Below are positions 45,202 through 55,274 of a DNA stretch of 64,000 nucleotides, one piece after another. A program made the translations under genes and the position numbers. Source of the DNA: Pseudomonadota bacterium (GTDB taxonomy: Bacteria > Bdellovibrionota_G > JALEGL01 > DATDPG01); NCBI GenBank assembly GCA_043809315.1, contig JAZDDX010000039.1, positions 1 to 64,000 on the forward strand. Reading direction: 5' to 3'. The notes under the pieces were generated by a model that did no database searches, was not told the origin of the DNA, and worked only from the letters and a program-made list of their open reading frames with translations. How positions within the stretch are numbered: the stretch's first letter is position 1; each line of letters opens with the position of its first letter.

Positions 45202-47285
45202 CTTCCTGAGACCAGGTCGATTTCTTTCGCACCGTATCCGGACCACTTCAGTTGCTGCCGCAAGAAGCTCTCGGAATCGACGAGCCGGACATCGACCGGG
45301 CGTCCCCCCTGCTCGATCAACTGCAGCTCAGGATAGACGTAGGCGCAGTAGCTCGGAAGCCCGAGCTTCTTTTTCCGATCCCGGATCTCGGTCGCCAGTT
45401 TCGAATCGTACGTTGCCGCCCCGTACCCCTGCGCCAGTTTCCGGATCGCCGGGAGATCCCCTTCGGACTTGATCCGTTGAAGTTCGCGGAGCAGTTCATC
45501 CACGGCCTGTCGCATCCTCGGAATGTTCTCGTCCCGCACGACCCAGAATGTTTTCATATGTCCGCCCACTTCGCGCCGGACCTCCTCGACGACCCCCCAT
45601 TTCTTCCGGAAAAAGTTGACCGCGAAGAGACCGCCGACTTGATGCGGCTCCTCCAGATTCGTCGAACCGAGGGGGATCTCCGCCAGGCCAATCAGCTCGG
45701 ACACGGGATACTGTTTATACATTGCTCTCGCGGCCTCGTCCGACCAATCCTTCCGGATCCGGAACGTCTCGGGGTCCCAGGCATGGTGAAGCGCCAGGAG
45801 ATCGGCCCGTTCCTCCTCCAGCCAGCTGTAGTAGCCGGGGAGGTAGTGGCTCGGATCCTCCGTCAATTTCGGATTCGCCTGTCCCGAGGCGTGCCCCAGC
45901 GTTTCATGGAACCCCACCAGGATCTCGATCGCCGCCTGCCGGTGTTTCAGCAGAATCTCCTGATCCTCGGGGATCACGAACTCGCGCACCGCCTTCTCCC
46001 CGATGATCTCGTCCCGTGCTCTCTTGGTGTTCCACAGGAGAACGTTCTTGCTCCCGTATTGCACGCGGAGAGCTTGATCGTTCGGAAGGTTGACCCCGCT
46101 GAAGCTGATCGGTCCGGCCTCCCCCGCCTCGACCAACACCTCGACCATGTTCGCAATCGGCTTCACCCCGCTTCGTTTGTATGCGTCCGAAATCGGGGCG
46201 TGCGATTCGTAGTAATCGGCCTTGGAAGCGACCTCCCGGAGCCAGCCGGAGCTCTCCTCGTCCACGAAGTAGGTCATCCCTTCCCAAGCCCCCTTCTTTT
46301 CCCGGGGATCGAGGTACTCCTCGATGAATCCGTTGATGATGTCGACCGTCGGCTTGGAATAGGCGAGCCAGGCGATGTTGTATTTCGTGAACAGCTTCGG
46401 ATCCCCCGTCCGGTAGTACTCCGCAAGAAGCCTGAGCGACTTCGCGTTCTCGGGGGTGGCGTACTCCACCGCTTCGTCGAGATGCCCGGCCACCTTCGCA
46501 AGATACGGAGCGTAGATTCCGGGCGGGATCTTTTTCGACGGGTCACCGGCCCGCGCAACTTGCTCGACGATCTTTTTCCCCTCCCGGGCGAGTCGCGAGT
46601 TCAACGGATGAAGATCCGTGAACCTTTGAAGGTCGGATAAGTGGATCCCACGGTCATAATAGTTGTTGGCGCTCGCGGTGAGAAGATCCTCCCCCGGTTT
46701 CGGCGACCGGGAGGTCACGAAAGGTTCGAACGCAGGATCGAAGATCGTCCGGCGCAACGAATCGGCATATTCCCGAACCTCCCGCTTCCCCTGCGACTGG
46801 AAGACGGCTCCGTTCCGCTTCGCGCGTTCCATCGCATCTTCGAACTTCCCATAGGTGATCCTTTTCGGCGGCAGAAGCTTGGCGTAGGTGAACTTCCCGT
46901 AGATCCCGGTATTGAGATACTGCAGCTTGAGATACGTCGCGATTTCCCCGAGCAGTTTCTTGTCGATCCCATCGGAGTGGAGAAGGATCTCCTCGCAGAC
47001 CTGCCGGATCTCGAGATTGCGCCGGTGAAGCTGATCGAAGTGGATATCCCGCCCCGCAACGGCCGCCTGGTACAAATGATAGGCGAGCAGTTTGTCGTTG
47101 AGCGACAGACGGTCGAACCCCTTAACCGGGAGCCTCAAGATCGCGTACTCCTCCACCGTTTCGAGGGGCGCGGCAGATCCCCCTTTGGCGGGATGGGGCC
47201 GAGGCCGGGAGCAGGAAGCCAGAACGAACGCCATCAAAACGATCCCTGCGAGGGAACAGCCGACCGGTGTGGCATGAATCCTCAT
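45198..47285 (-). CDS. Dipeptidyl-peptidase III (M49) lipoprotein
   Basis: HETLGH (HExxGH), EEERAD, GVNLPND...GSKNV; lipobox LASC. Confidence 0.9.
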   Translation of the reverse strand: MRIHATPVGCSLAGIVLMAFVLASCSRPRPHPAKGGSAAPLETVEEYAILRLPVKGFDRLSLNDKLLAYHLYQAAVAGRDIHFDQLHRRNLEIRQVCEEILLHSDGIDKKLLGEIATYLKLQYLNTGIYGKFTYAKLLPPKRITYGKFEDAMERAKRNGAVFQSQGKREVREYADSLRRTIFDPAFEPFVTSRSPKPGEDLLTASANNYYDRGIHLSDLQRFTDLHPLNSRLAREGKKIVEQVARAGDPSKKIPPGIYAPYLAKVAGHLDEAVEYATPENAKSLRLLAEYYRTGDPKLFTKYNIAWLAYSKPTVDIINGFIEEYLDPREKKGAWEGMTYFVDEESSGWLREVASKADYYESHAPISDAYKRSGVKPIANMVEVLVEAGEAGPISFSGVNLPNDQALRVQYGSKNVLLWNTKRARDEIIGEKAVREFVIPEDQEILLKHRQAAIEILVGFHETLGHASGQANPKLTEDPSHYLPGYYSWLEEERADLLALHHAWDPETFRIRKDWSDEAARAMYKQYPVSELIGLAEIPLGSTNLEEPHQVGGLFAVNFFRKKWGVVEEVRREVGGHMKTFWVVRDENIPRMRQAVDELLRELQRIKSEGDLPAIRKLAQGYGAATYDSKLATEIRDRKKKLGLPSYCAYVYPELQLIEQGGRPVDVRLVDSESFLRQQLKWSGYGAKEIDLVSGR

Positions 47286-47297
47286 GGTCCCGTCTTC

Positions 47298-48233
47298 CTA
47301 TTCCTTCACCGCCACGCCGAACCGCACGAGCTTCGCCGAGGAGCCGGCCTCGACCGGGAGAAGGAACGTGGCCGCTCCAAGATCCATGGAAAACGCGGTG
47401 ACCGGACCCTTCCAGTCGGCCGGAACGGCCGGTATCGCGACCTCCCCTCCCTTGACTGTGACGGCGAAAACGCGCCCGGTCGCCCGGTCTGCGGTCATCA
47501 GATGAGAGCGGTACGGTTCGATCCCGGTCAGGTCGGTCCCCGGAAACGCTTTCAGTAATTCCGTCTGACGGCTTTTGAGGTTCACGATCGCGATCGCGCT
47601 CCCCCCCTCGGTATTCCCGGCTTGTGTCGCCACGAGGTAAAGACGGCGCCCGTCGGACGAAGCGCGCAGATACCGCGGTTCCCCCAATCCGGTTTTCTCG
47701 AGCGCTTCGGCGCCGAGGATCACCTCGACGGTTTTTTTCTTCGGGTCGAGCGACCAGATCTGTTTCGCCGACGGGGAACAGAAATAAGCACGGGCGTTCA
47801 GAATCGAATAGTCGATCGACGTGATCTCCCCGGCCCCGGAGATCGGGATCTCGATCGGAGGGGTGTCCGACTTCTTCGATTTTACGAGACCGAGAAACCC
47901 TCCGACTTTCGCGATCTTCAGGAGATCCTTCTCCGCCCAGAAAAGGCGTCCATGCCGTGCATCGTATGCGATGGCGGTCGGACTACTCGACGCGGGAGAG
48001 AGATCCTCCAGCTTCCCCCCGTGAACACTTGCCAGCATCCAACTTCCACCCTCCACCGGCCGTGCCACCAGATAGGTTCCCGGTGCATCGATCGCCAACC
48101 CCGCTGCGGGAGAAAGGCCGTCTCGAAGAACCTCCACGGCCGGTTCGGTCCGACGAGCCGGCTCCCCCCGCTTTCCCGCGCAACTCGCGGCGAGTCCAAT
48201 CAATAGATAGACGAGTGTCTTGTTTTGTCCCAT
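47298..48233 (-). CDS. Lipoprotein, probable beta-propeller
   Basis: Lipobox AASC; PAAGLAID, PTAIAYD, PRYLRASSDG blade-like repeats. Confidence 0.65.
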   Translation of the reverse strand: MGQNKTLVYLLIGLAASCAGKRGEPARRTEPAVEVLRDGLSPAAGLAIDAPGTYLVARPVEGGSWMLASVHGGKLEDLSPASSSPTAIAYDARHGRLFWAEKDLLKIAKVGGFLGLVKSKKSDTPPIEIPISGAGEITSIDYSILNARAYFCSPSAKQIWSLDPKKKTVEVILGAEALEKTGLGEPRYLRASSDGRRLYLVATQAGNTEGGSAIAIVNLKSRQTELLKAFPGTDLTGIEPYRSHLMTADRATGRVFAVTVKGGEVAIPAVPADWKGPVTAFSMDLGAATFLLPVEAGSSAKLVRFGVAVKE

Positions 48234-48324
48234 GGCGGCGGCAGCTTACCCTTTTTGAACATCCTTGACGAACGGCGAGGTTTCGGAGATTTTCCCTCCG
48301 ATCAATCACTCGGACGGAGGCTTC

Positions 48325-49695
48325 ATGTTTAAGAAAATTGCGTTTCTGATCGCCGCTCTTTCCTTCCTCTCCTCGCCGGCCTTCGCGTCCGGATTCAAGG
48401 AGGGGACGGTCGAGATCGGCCCGTACGTCGGGTATGCGTTTCCCGACAGCTACGGCGGGATCGAGCCGAAGAACAATCTCTTGTACGGGGCCCGCGTCGG
48501 AATCTGGTTCACGCCGGAGATGAGCTTCGAATCGTCGTTCCAGATGTTGTTCACGAAAGCAAATCCGGGAGACGTCAGTTTCCGGATCTACTCCACCCGC
48601 TTCAACCTCCTCTTTAACTTCCTTCCGGAAGGCCCGTGGGTTCCGTTCCTGACAGGCGGCGTTGGATTGGAGCGCTCCCGGTACACGTCGATTTCGACCT
48701 CGAACGATCTCGGGATCAACGCGGGAGCGGGCCTCCGTTACCTTGCGTCCGAACGGATCGCGATCCGCCTCGACGGTCGCGTCATCTATTCCGACGTCGG
48801 AAGCGGCGTTGCGCTACGCCAGTACAATTACGAAGGGGCGCTTGGCGTCTCGTATCTCTTTGGAGTCGCACCTGCGAAGGATGGCGACGGCGACGGCGTT
48901 CCGGACAAACTCGATCAATGCGCCAACACCCTCAAGGGGGCCACGGTGGATGCCAAGGGTTGCCCGAGTGATGCGGACGGCGACGGCATCTTCGACGGAA
49001 TCGACAAATGTGCCGACACCGCGAAGGGGGCCAAAGTCGATGAGACCGGATGCCCGGTCGATGCGGACGGCGACGGCGTCGCCGACGGGATCGATCAGTG
49101 CCCCGACACGGCGAAGGGGGTCGCGGTCGATGAAAAAGGCTGCCCGATGGACAAGGACGGCGACGGCGTCGCCGACGCCCTCGACAAATGTCCGGAAACT
49201 CCCAAGGGGGTTGCGGTCGATGCGACCGGCTGTCCGGTCGACACGGACGGCGATGGCGTTGCCGATCATCTGGACAAATGTCCCGGCACTCCGGCGGGGC
49301 TGACCGTTGACGCCACCGGGTGTCCTGCCAAAGCCGGCAAGGCCCGCGGAATCCTGAAAGGGGTTACGTTCATGTTCAACAAAGCCGACCTGAAGCCGGC
49401 GTCGTTCAAAGTGCTCGACGAGACGGCAGCCGCGTTGAAGGAGGTTCCGGAGGTCCGGGTGGAGGTTCAGGGACACACCGACAACACCGGCCCGTCGGCT
49501 GCGAACTTAAGCCTCTCGGAGGCCCGGGCGAAAACGGTCATGAACTACCTCGTCTCGAAAGGGATCGACCCGAAACGCCTGCAGGCCAAGGGATACGGCG
49601 GAACGAAGCCGATCGCCGATAACGCGACGAAGGCCGACCGTGCCAAGAACCGGCGCGTGGAGCTGAACTGGCTCGACACGCCGAAGGCGCAGTAG
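48325..49695 (+). CDS. OmpA/OprF-like protein with TSP type-3 repeats
   Basis: Barrel + 5 DxDGDGVxDxxDxC repeats + GHTDNTG..LSEARA..NRRVE. Confidence 0.93.
   Translation: MFKKIAFLIAALSFLSSPAFASGFKEGTVEIGPYVGYAFPDSYGGIEPKNNLLYGARVGIWFTPEMSFESSFQMLFTKANPGDVSFRIYSTRFNLLFNFLPEGPWVPFLTGGVGLERSRYTSISTSNDLGINAGAGLRYLASERIAIRLDGRVIYSDVGSGVALRQYNYEGALGVSYLFGVAPAKDGDGDGVPDKLDQCANTLKGATVDAKGCPSDADGDGIFDGIDKCADTAKGAKVDETGCPVDADGDGVADGIDQCPDTAKGVAVDEKGCPMDKDGDGVADALDKCPETPKGVAVDATGCPVDTDGDGVADHLDKCPGTPAGLTVDATGCPAKAGKARGILKGVTFMFNKADLKPASFKVLDETAAALKEVPEVRVEVQGHTDNTGPSAANLSLSEARAKTVMNYLVSKGIDPKRLQAKGYGGTKPIADNATKADRAKNRRVELNWLDTPKAQ
48880..49329 (+). repeat. Five 90-bp coding tandem repeats (TSP3 Ca-binding units)
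   Basis: GACGGCGACGGC-type unit recurring every 90 nt. Confidence 0.85.
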
Positions 49696-49701
49696 CCGCG
49701 G

Positions 49702-50391
49702 TTATTTCTTCTTGAACAGGCCTTTGAGGCCGGCCCCGACTTTGCCGGCCTCGTGGGAGACCGCTTTCCCGGCGCCGGCGATTCCGGCCGTGACTCCCCC
49801 CATCAAGCTGTCCAGGACGGCGCCAACCGCCTTGTCCGGGGCGACCCCTCCCTGCGCCCGACCGATGTTCGTCAAGTGAATGTCGGAAAGAGAAACGGTC
49901 TTCATCCCCCCCAGGATCTCGACGTTCGCTTTGGCATCCTTGATCCAGAGATCGTCGATGATCAGTTTTTTCGGTTTCGACGCTTTCTTCGACTCCGCGT
50001 CGGCAGGAACGAAGCTTTGAACGTTCTTCTGGATGACGTTCAGGTTGTTCCCCTCTTTCGTGATCTCCGCCCCCTCGATCGAGACGCTTCGAATCTGGAT
50101 CACATCGCTCGCAAGCGAGGTCGGGGAAACCCGGACACGAAAGTCCTTAAGCTTCACCGCCAGAGGCGCCTTGAAACCGGCCGGGTTCCCGATCTCGAAC
50201 CCCCGGATCCGGCATCGGCCGGTGATCGGGGAGAGGGTGACGGAGCTGACCGTCATCGTGGTCTTCGTAAGCATCGGGCCGACGTTCCGGATCCCCGCCG
50301 CGACGATCGACCCGAGGAACAGGTACGAAGAAAGCAAGAGGAGAAGAAGAACTCCGCCGATCGAGAATAAAGCGATTTTGATCCAACGCAT
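49702..50391 (-). CDS. AsmA-like membrane-anchored protein
   Basis: N-terminal TM helix; GFEIGNPAGF, IHLTNIG. Confidence 0.7.
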   Translation of the reverse strand: MRWIKIALFSIGGVLLLLLLSSYLFLGSIVAAGIRNVGPMLTKTTMTVSSVTLSPITGRCRIRGFEIGNPAGFKAPLAVKLKDFRVRVSPTSLASDVIQIRSVSIEGAEITKEGNNLNVIQKNVQSFVPADAESKKASKPKKLIIDDLWIKDAKANVEILGGMKTVSLSDIHLTNIGRAQGGVAPDKAVGAVLDSLMGGVTAGIAGAGKAVSHEAGKVGAGLKGLFKKK

Positions 50392-50439
50392 ATACCCTCC
50401 GGGCTTGACGATTGATGACAGCGGTTTTATACGATCCGC

Positions 50440-50775
50440 ATGGCTTACGTTGTTGCTGATCCTTGTGTGAAATGCAAATACACCGATTGCGTCGAGGTCT
50501 GCCCCGTCAACTGCTTCTACGAGGGGATGAACACCCTCGTGATCCACCCCGACGAGTGCATCGACTGCGGAGCCTGCGAGCCGGTCTGCCCGACCCAGGC
50601 GATCTTCACCGCCGACGAGTGCCCGGACAAGTGGAAGGAGTACATCGCCCTCAACGCCGAGTACGCCAAGAAATGGCCGGTGATCTCGCTCAAGAAAGAG
50701 GCGATGGCGGACGCGGAAAAATGGAAGACGGTCGAGAACAAGCGGAAAGATTTCGACCCGAATCCGTTCAAGTAG
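50440..50775 (+). CDS. fdxA: Dicluster (7Fe-type) ferredoxin
   Basis: [15 protein letters not shown] and [12 protein letters not shown]. Confidence 0.92.
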   Translation: MAYVVADPCVKCKYTDCVEVCPVNCFYEGMNTLVIHPDECIDCGACEPVCPTQAIFTADECPDKWKEYIALNAEYAKKWPVISLKKEAMADAEKWKTVENKRKDFDPNPFK

Positions 50776-50779
50776 ACCC

Positions 50780-51109
50780 GTGACCGGCGCTCCGGTCCGC
50801 CTCTCGATCAGAGTCGTCCCCCGCGCCTCGAAAAACGAGATCGTCGGGGTTCAGGATGGGGTCTGGAAAATCCGCCTCACGGCCCCCCCGGTCGATAATG
50901 CCGCGAACGAAGTCTTGGTAAAATTCCTGGCTCAGATTCTCGATCTCCCGAAACGGTCGGTCTCGATCGTCTCCGGAGACCGCGGCAGGAGCAAGGTTAT
51001 CGAAATATCAGGACGTTCCGAACTGGAGATTACGGAGAAATTCTCTTCGAGCTACCACGGACCTGGGCGATCCAAACGAACCGTCCTCGATCGCTCAAGA
51101 ACGCCGTGA
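50780..51109 (+). CDS. DUF167 (YggU) protein
   Basis: RVVPRASKN, APPVDNAAN, G.RGRSK. Confidence 0.88.
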   Translation: MTGAPVRLSIRVVPRASKNEIVGVQDGVWKIRLTAPPVDNAANEVLVKFLAQILDLPKRSVSIVSGDRGRSKVIEISGRSELEITEKFSSSYHGPGRSKRTVLDRSRTP

Positions 51110-51425
51110 GCAACCAGCTCACGATGCTCACCAGAATCGACCCCCAGAGCGCGGCCCAGAATCCGTGAATGGCAAACCCTTGGACGAGATAGGAGGTCAG
51201 CAGCAGGCAGAACGCGTTGAGAGCGAACAAGAACAAGCCCAACGTGAGCATGGTGAGAGGAAAAGTCAAGAAGAGGAGGATCGGCCGCACGACCGCGTTG
51301 ACCAGGCCGAGAACCAATCCGGCCCCCAGCGCGGCGAAGACTCCGCTGATCTCGATGCCGGGTACGATCTTGCTGACAAAGAGAATCGCCGCGCCGTTCA
51401 GAAGGATGCGAACCACGAACCCCAT
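51030..51425 (-). CDS. 4TM phage-holin-family (YvlD-like) membrane protein
   Basis: LGLVNAVVRPIL..LTFPLT.LTLGLF..N. Confidence 0.88.
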   Translation of the reverse strand: MGFVVRILLNGAAILFVSKIVPGIEISGVFAALGAGLVLGLVNAVVRPILLFLTFPLTMLTLGLFLFALNAFCLLLTSYLVQGFAIHGFWAALWGSILVSIVSWLLTAFLSDRGRFVWIAQVRGSSKRISP

Positions 51426-51427
51426 AC

Positions 51428-51772
51428 CTAGCCGCGCCCCTCGAAGTGAAACCGGTGCAGAAGCCGGTGAACAAACGGCGCGACGAGAAGTGCGGCCGTC
51501 GTTAGAAAAACCACGCCGCTGAAGAGCGCATAGAACGAGGCGAAAAGCTTCGCGGTGACTCCTACCATCGGGGAGATCGGACCCATGCCGGTCAAGATCA
51601 TCGACGCATTCTCCAGGGAATCGATCCAGGGAAGGTCTCCCAGCCAGTGGTATCCGGCCATCCCGATCCCGAGCGATGCTGCGATCACGCCCGCGGCCAT
51701 TCCACCGTGGTGGAGGAGGCGCAGCGCAAACTTCCCCCGGTCGAGGACCGGGGCACGTCGGTGTTCGTACAT
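51428..51772 (-). CDS. Small 2TM ion-channel-like membrane protein
   Basis: GMAGYHWL, WIDSL.NASMILTGMGP, KLFASFYALFSG. Confidence 0.75.
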   Translation of the reverse strand: MYEHRRAPVLDRGKFALRLLHHGGMAAGVIAASLGIGMAGYHWLGDLPWIDSLENASMILTGMGPISPMVGVTAKLFASFYALFSGVVFLTTAALLVAPFVHRLLHRFHFEGRG

Positions 51773-52127
51773 CAGCCGCGCTTCCCGCGAGTGGCCTTAC
51801 GCGCGGAACGCTCAGTGAGCCAGCTCTGGCATGAATCGCTGACTTTCTTCCCCGCTGCGTTTTCGAGATGGGTCTTCAGGCAGTCAATCTTGCGCCCGTG
51901 CCCCGCGACAACGTCGTTACAGAGGGTTTTCACGTCGGACTTGCAGGCGGCCCAGAACGATTCGGCCACCTGTTTCGCCTTCCGCCCTTCCGAAATACAC
52001 TCCTGCGACAGGTTGGCGCGGTTTTTCTTCAGATCCGAGCAGGGGCCCGGATCCCTTAAAGGTCGAGCGGAAGCCACGGGAAGCGCCCCGAGAAGCGAAA
52101 AACCGTTGCGGCAATCATCAATCTCAT
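51772..52127 (-). pseudogene. Secreted cysteine-rich repeat protein with a 1-nt frameshift in the signal peptide (real or sequencing error)
   Basis: RBS AAGGAG + ATG 52127; adding one T to the T5 run (52098-52102) gives MRLMIAATVFSLLGALPVASA joined to AACKSDVKTLC..GHGRKIDCL..VSDSC. Confidence 0.65.
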
Positions 52128-52146
52128 CGTTTCTCCTTTTCTCCGA

Positions 52147-54342
52147 CTATCGGAAGAAAAGCATCTCGCGGTATTTCGGAAGCGTCCAAAGCTCGTCCGC
52201 CACGCACCCCTCCACCTCGTCGGAGATCTTTCGTACTTCCTGCATAGCCGAAACCACCGTTTCGCTCAACGCTTTGGCCCTTCTCCCCTCCCCGTCGATC
52301 TTCTCCGCCGCATGAAGACTCTTCTCGAGCGTCTCGCACCCGCTCTTCAGGCTCTCGTAGAGCCGAACGATCCCGGTCAGCCGGTTCTTGGCGACCCCCG
52401 CCTCCGGCACGTTCCGGACCACCCTACCGATCCTCTCCATCTCCCCTTCTGCTGCGGGAAAGACATGCGTCCGGACGAGGTCGAGCATCGTCGCCGCCTC
52501 CATCTCGATCTGTTTGATGTAGCGCTCGAGCATGATGACGTGCCGGGCGCCGATCTCCTCGGCGGAGAGAATCCCCAGCTTGGATACGAACTCCCACCGT
52601 TTGGCGTCCCCGAGGACCGCGAGTGCTGCCGGCGCCGACTGAAGGTTCGAAAGCCCTCTTCGCTCCGCCTCCTCCTTCCAATCGGACGAATAGTTGTTCC
52701 CCTCGAACCGGATCCGTTTCGTCTCGGTGATCACTTCCCGGATCAAGAAGAGAACCGCCTCGTCCCGGACCTTGGTTTGGGCCAGCTTCCTTTCCAGACG
52801 GTCGGCCAACTGGGAGAAGGAGTCCCCGGCCGCCGCGTTCAGGAACGAGATCGGTACGGCGATGTTGGCCGAGGCACCGACCGCCCGGAATTCGAACTTG
52901 TTCCCGGTGAAGGCGAACGGAGAGGTCCGGTTCCGGTCGGTGTTGTCCCGGGAGATCACCGGAAGCTTTGAAACCCCGAGGCTCAAGATCGCCTCCTCGG
53001 TGGGGTGCTCGACGACATCCCCGGTTTCAATCTTGTCGAGAATCCGGCTCAAGTTCTCCCCCAAGAAGACGCTGATGATCGCCGGTGGGGCCTCGTTCGC
53101 CCCGAGACGGTGGTCGTTTCCGGGGGTCGCGATCGACGCCCGAAGCAGATCCGCATGATCATGTACTGCTTTAAGAACACCCGTCAAAATAGCTAGAAAT
53201 CTTAGGTTTTGATGCGGAGTTTTTCCGGGCTCCAGAAGGTTCTCCCCACGCTGGGTCGCGAGACTCCAGTTGTTGTGTTTCCCGCTCCCGTTGATCCCGG
53301 CAAACGGCTTTTCGTGAAGCAGGCAAACCAGGTCGTGCCGCAGAGCGATCCGACACATCAGATCCATGGTAAGGGAATTGTGATCGGCGCTGACGTTCGA
53401 ATCCTCGAAGATCGGGGCCAGCTCGAACTGCGCCGGAGCGACCTCGTTATGCCGGGTTTTGACCGGTACGCCGAGCTTGTACAGCTCCTGTTCCAGCTCC
53501 TGCATGAAGGCGAGAACCCTCGACTGGATCGTGCCAAGATAATGATCCTCGAACTGCTGGCCGCGTGTCGGGGATCGCCCCAGAAGGGTCCGCCCGGTCA
53601 TCAGGAGATCGGGACGGGCGGCGAAGAACCCCCGGTCGATCAGGAAATACTCCTGCTCCGCTCCCAAGGTCGTGTGAACCGTCGTGATGTCGACGTCGCC
53701 CAGGAGCTTCACGAACCTCACCACCTGTTTCGAGAGCGCTTCGTTCGCTCGCAAAAGAGGGGTCTTCGTGTCGAGCGCCGCTCCGTGATAGCTCAAGAAG
53801 GCCGAAGGAATGCAGAGGGTGTTCCCGTTGACGGTCTCGATGATGAAGACCGGACTGGTCGGGTCCCAAGCTGTGTACCCGCGCGCCTCGAACGTCGAAC
53901 GCATTCCTCCGCTCGGGAAGGAGCTGGCGTCCGGCTCGGACTGGATCAGCGCCGCACCGTTGAACCGTTCGATCGCCGACGTCTGGCCGCTCTCCGAGGT
54001 CCGGGTCGTGATGAAGGCATCGTGTTTCTCGGCGGTGAGTCCCGTCATCGGCTGGAACCAGTGCGTAAAGTGGGTCGCCCCGTGGGCCATTGCCCACTCC
54101 TTGATCGCGTTCGCCACCTCGTCCCCGACATTCCGGGGGAGTCTCTCCCCTTTGTGGACCAGGTTCATGAGCGCCTCGTACGAGTCTTTCGAGAGCTTCT
54201 CCTTAATCTGGTCGAGACCGAAGGTGTTGCTTCCGAAGAATTCGCTCACGGGAAGGATCTTCCCGAGCGCATCGGTCGGGCGGTGGATTTCACGGGTGCG
54301 TCGGGTGATGGAGGCTTTGATCGCCTCCTGGCGAAGGAACAT
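52147..54342 (-). CDS. glnA: Glutamine synthetase type III
   Basis: THWFQPMTG.TAEKHD, EPDASSFPSGG, HNEVAP.QFE, NGSGKHNNWS, DRNRTSPFAFTGNKFEFR. Confidence 0.95.
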   Translation of the reverse strand: MFLRQEAIKASITRRTREIHRPTDALGKILPVSEFFGSNTFGLDQIKEKLSKDSYEALMNLVHKGERLPRNVGDEVANAIKEWAMAHGATHFTHWFQPMTGLTAEKHDAFITTRTSESGQTSAIERFNGAALIQSEPDASSFPSGGMRSTFEARGYTAWDPTSPVFIIETVNGNTLCIPSAFLSYHGAALDTKTPLLRANEALSKQVVRFVKLLGDVDITTVHTTLGAEQEYFLIDRGFFAARPDLLMTGRTLLGRSPTRGQQFEDHYLGTIQSRVLAFMQELEQELYKLGVPVKTRHNEVAPAQFELAPIFEDSNVSADHNSLTMDLMCRIALRHDLVCLLHEKPFAGINGSGKHNNWSLATQRGENLLEPGKTPHQNLRFLAILTGVLKAVHDHADLLRASIATPGNDHRLGANEAPPAIISVFLGENLSRILDKIETGDVVEHPTEEAILSLGVSKLPVISRDNTDRNRTSPFAFTGNKFEFRAVGASANIAVPISFLNAAAGDSFSQLADRLERKLAQTKVRDEAVLFLIREVITETKRIRFEGNNYSSDWKEEAERRGLSNLQSAPAALAVLGDAKRWEFVSKLGILSAEEIGARHVIMLERYIKQIEMEAATMLDLVRTHVFPAAEGEMERIGRVVRNVPEAGVAKNRLTGIVRLYESLKSGCETLEKSLHAAEKIDGEGRRAKALSETVVSAMQEVRKISDEVEGCVADELWTLPKYREMLFFR

Positions 54343-54472
54343 GTCGTTCTCCTTTCGGCTTCAGGAAGTCGTTCGACCCACTGAAACCTGGATTCGGGTT
54401 TCGACTCGGAGAAGCGCACGCCTCTCCGAATCCAAAGAATTTGTAACCCGTATTTCGGAAGGTGGAAAGGGG

Positions 54473-55132
54473 TTACAGCTGATTTCCCGGAAGTCCAAGC
54501 TCCTCGGGGGTTCGCTTTGTCAGGAGCAGCTCGAAGTATCTCTCGATCACCATGGCCGGAAGATAGTAGACCCTGTACCCGTACGGATCGTGCGGAACAG
54601 GTTCGTCGCGAGGAGGATACCGGTCGGCGAAATCCCGGAACCAGCGCTCGAAACGGCCCAGTTCCCGCCGAACGATGGTCGGTTCGACCGTCAGATACCT
54701 TTTCTTCTGATCCGCCGTAGAACTCTCCCCCCAGTCCACCTTCTCCCCACTCGGACCGAAGGTGTCATCCACCCGAATTACCCCTGGGATTGTGACAGGG
54801 ATTGAATCCAGGCCCGCCCCATTTCCGGGAAGACGAAACCCTGCGATGACGCGTCCAAGTTCCGCCCTTTCGATTTCTTTCAGGCGGTCGATCGCCACCT
54901 GAATCTGTCTCCCCTGGATTCTCTTCCAGGAGAGAAACGCAGCGGACTTATTGCTCGGGTTGACGAAATAGACCAGGGGCTGATGATCTTCCTCCAACGT
55001 GAGATCGGCACGGAAGGCGTTTTCGGGGTTCGTTGCACCACTCCAAACCAATTCGATCGCCCCGCGCTCACTTCCGGCCCTTGCGACCGAGAAGCCAAGG
55101 AGGAGAAGAATCGTTGCGAGGATCCGTTTCAT
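54473..55132 (-). CDS. Secreted hypothetical protein
   Basis: Signal peptide MKRILATILLLLGFSVARA. Confidence 0.65.
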   Translation of the reverse strand: MKRILATILLLLGFSVARAGSERGAIELVWSGATNPENAFRADLTLEEDHQPLVYFVNPSNKSAAFLSWKRIQGRQIQVAIDRLKEIERAELGRVIAGFRLPGNGAGLDSIPVTIPGVIRVDDTFGPSGEKVDWGESSTADQKKRYLTVEPTIVRRELGRFERWFRDFADRYPPRDEPVPHDPYGYRVYYLPAMVIERYFELLLTKRTPEELGLPGNQL

Positions 55133-55274
55133 CGGGTCACAAGAAAACACCTAGTCGATTTCGAAGGAGGAAAAAAGAGAATCCCTGATCCCGGAGAGGT
55201 TCGCCGAAATTCTGCTCAGCTGGAGCGTTGCGCGTGTCGCATGGAGCGTCTTAGGCGACAGAAACAAGTAACAA

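Noticed and set aside
45252-46640. Long antisense/alternate-frame ORFs (also 57452..58675, 34421..35668, 61314..62888, 53209..54384)
   Set aside because: Shadows of well-supported genes, expected at high GC; Arg/Pro-rich with no motifs
48880-49329. Regularly spaced repeats resembling a CRISPR array
   Set aside because: In-frame 90-bp TSP3 protein repeats with no unique spacers and no cas genes
51030-51425. Holin as evidence of a prophage
   Set aside because: This 4TM family is commonly chromosomal and there are no phage genes nearby
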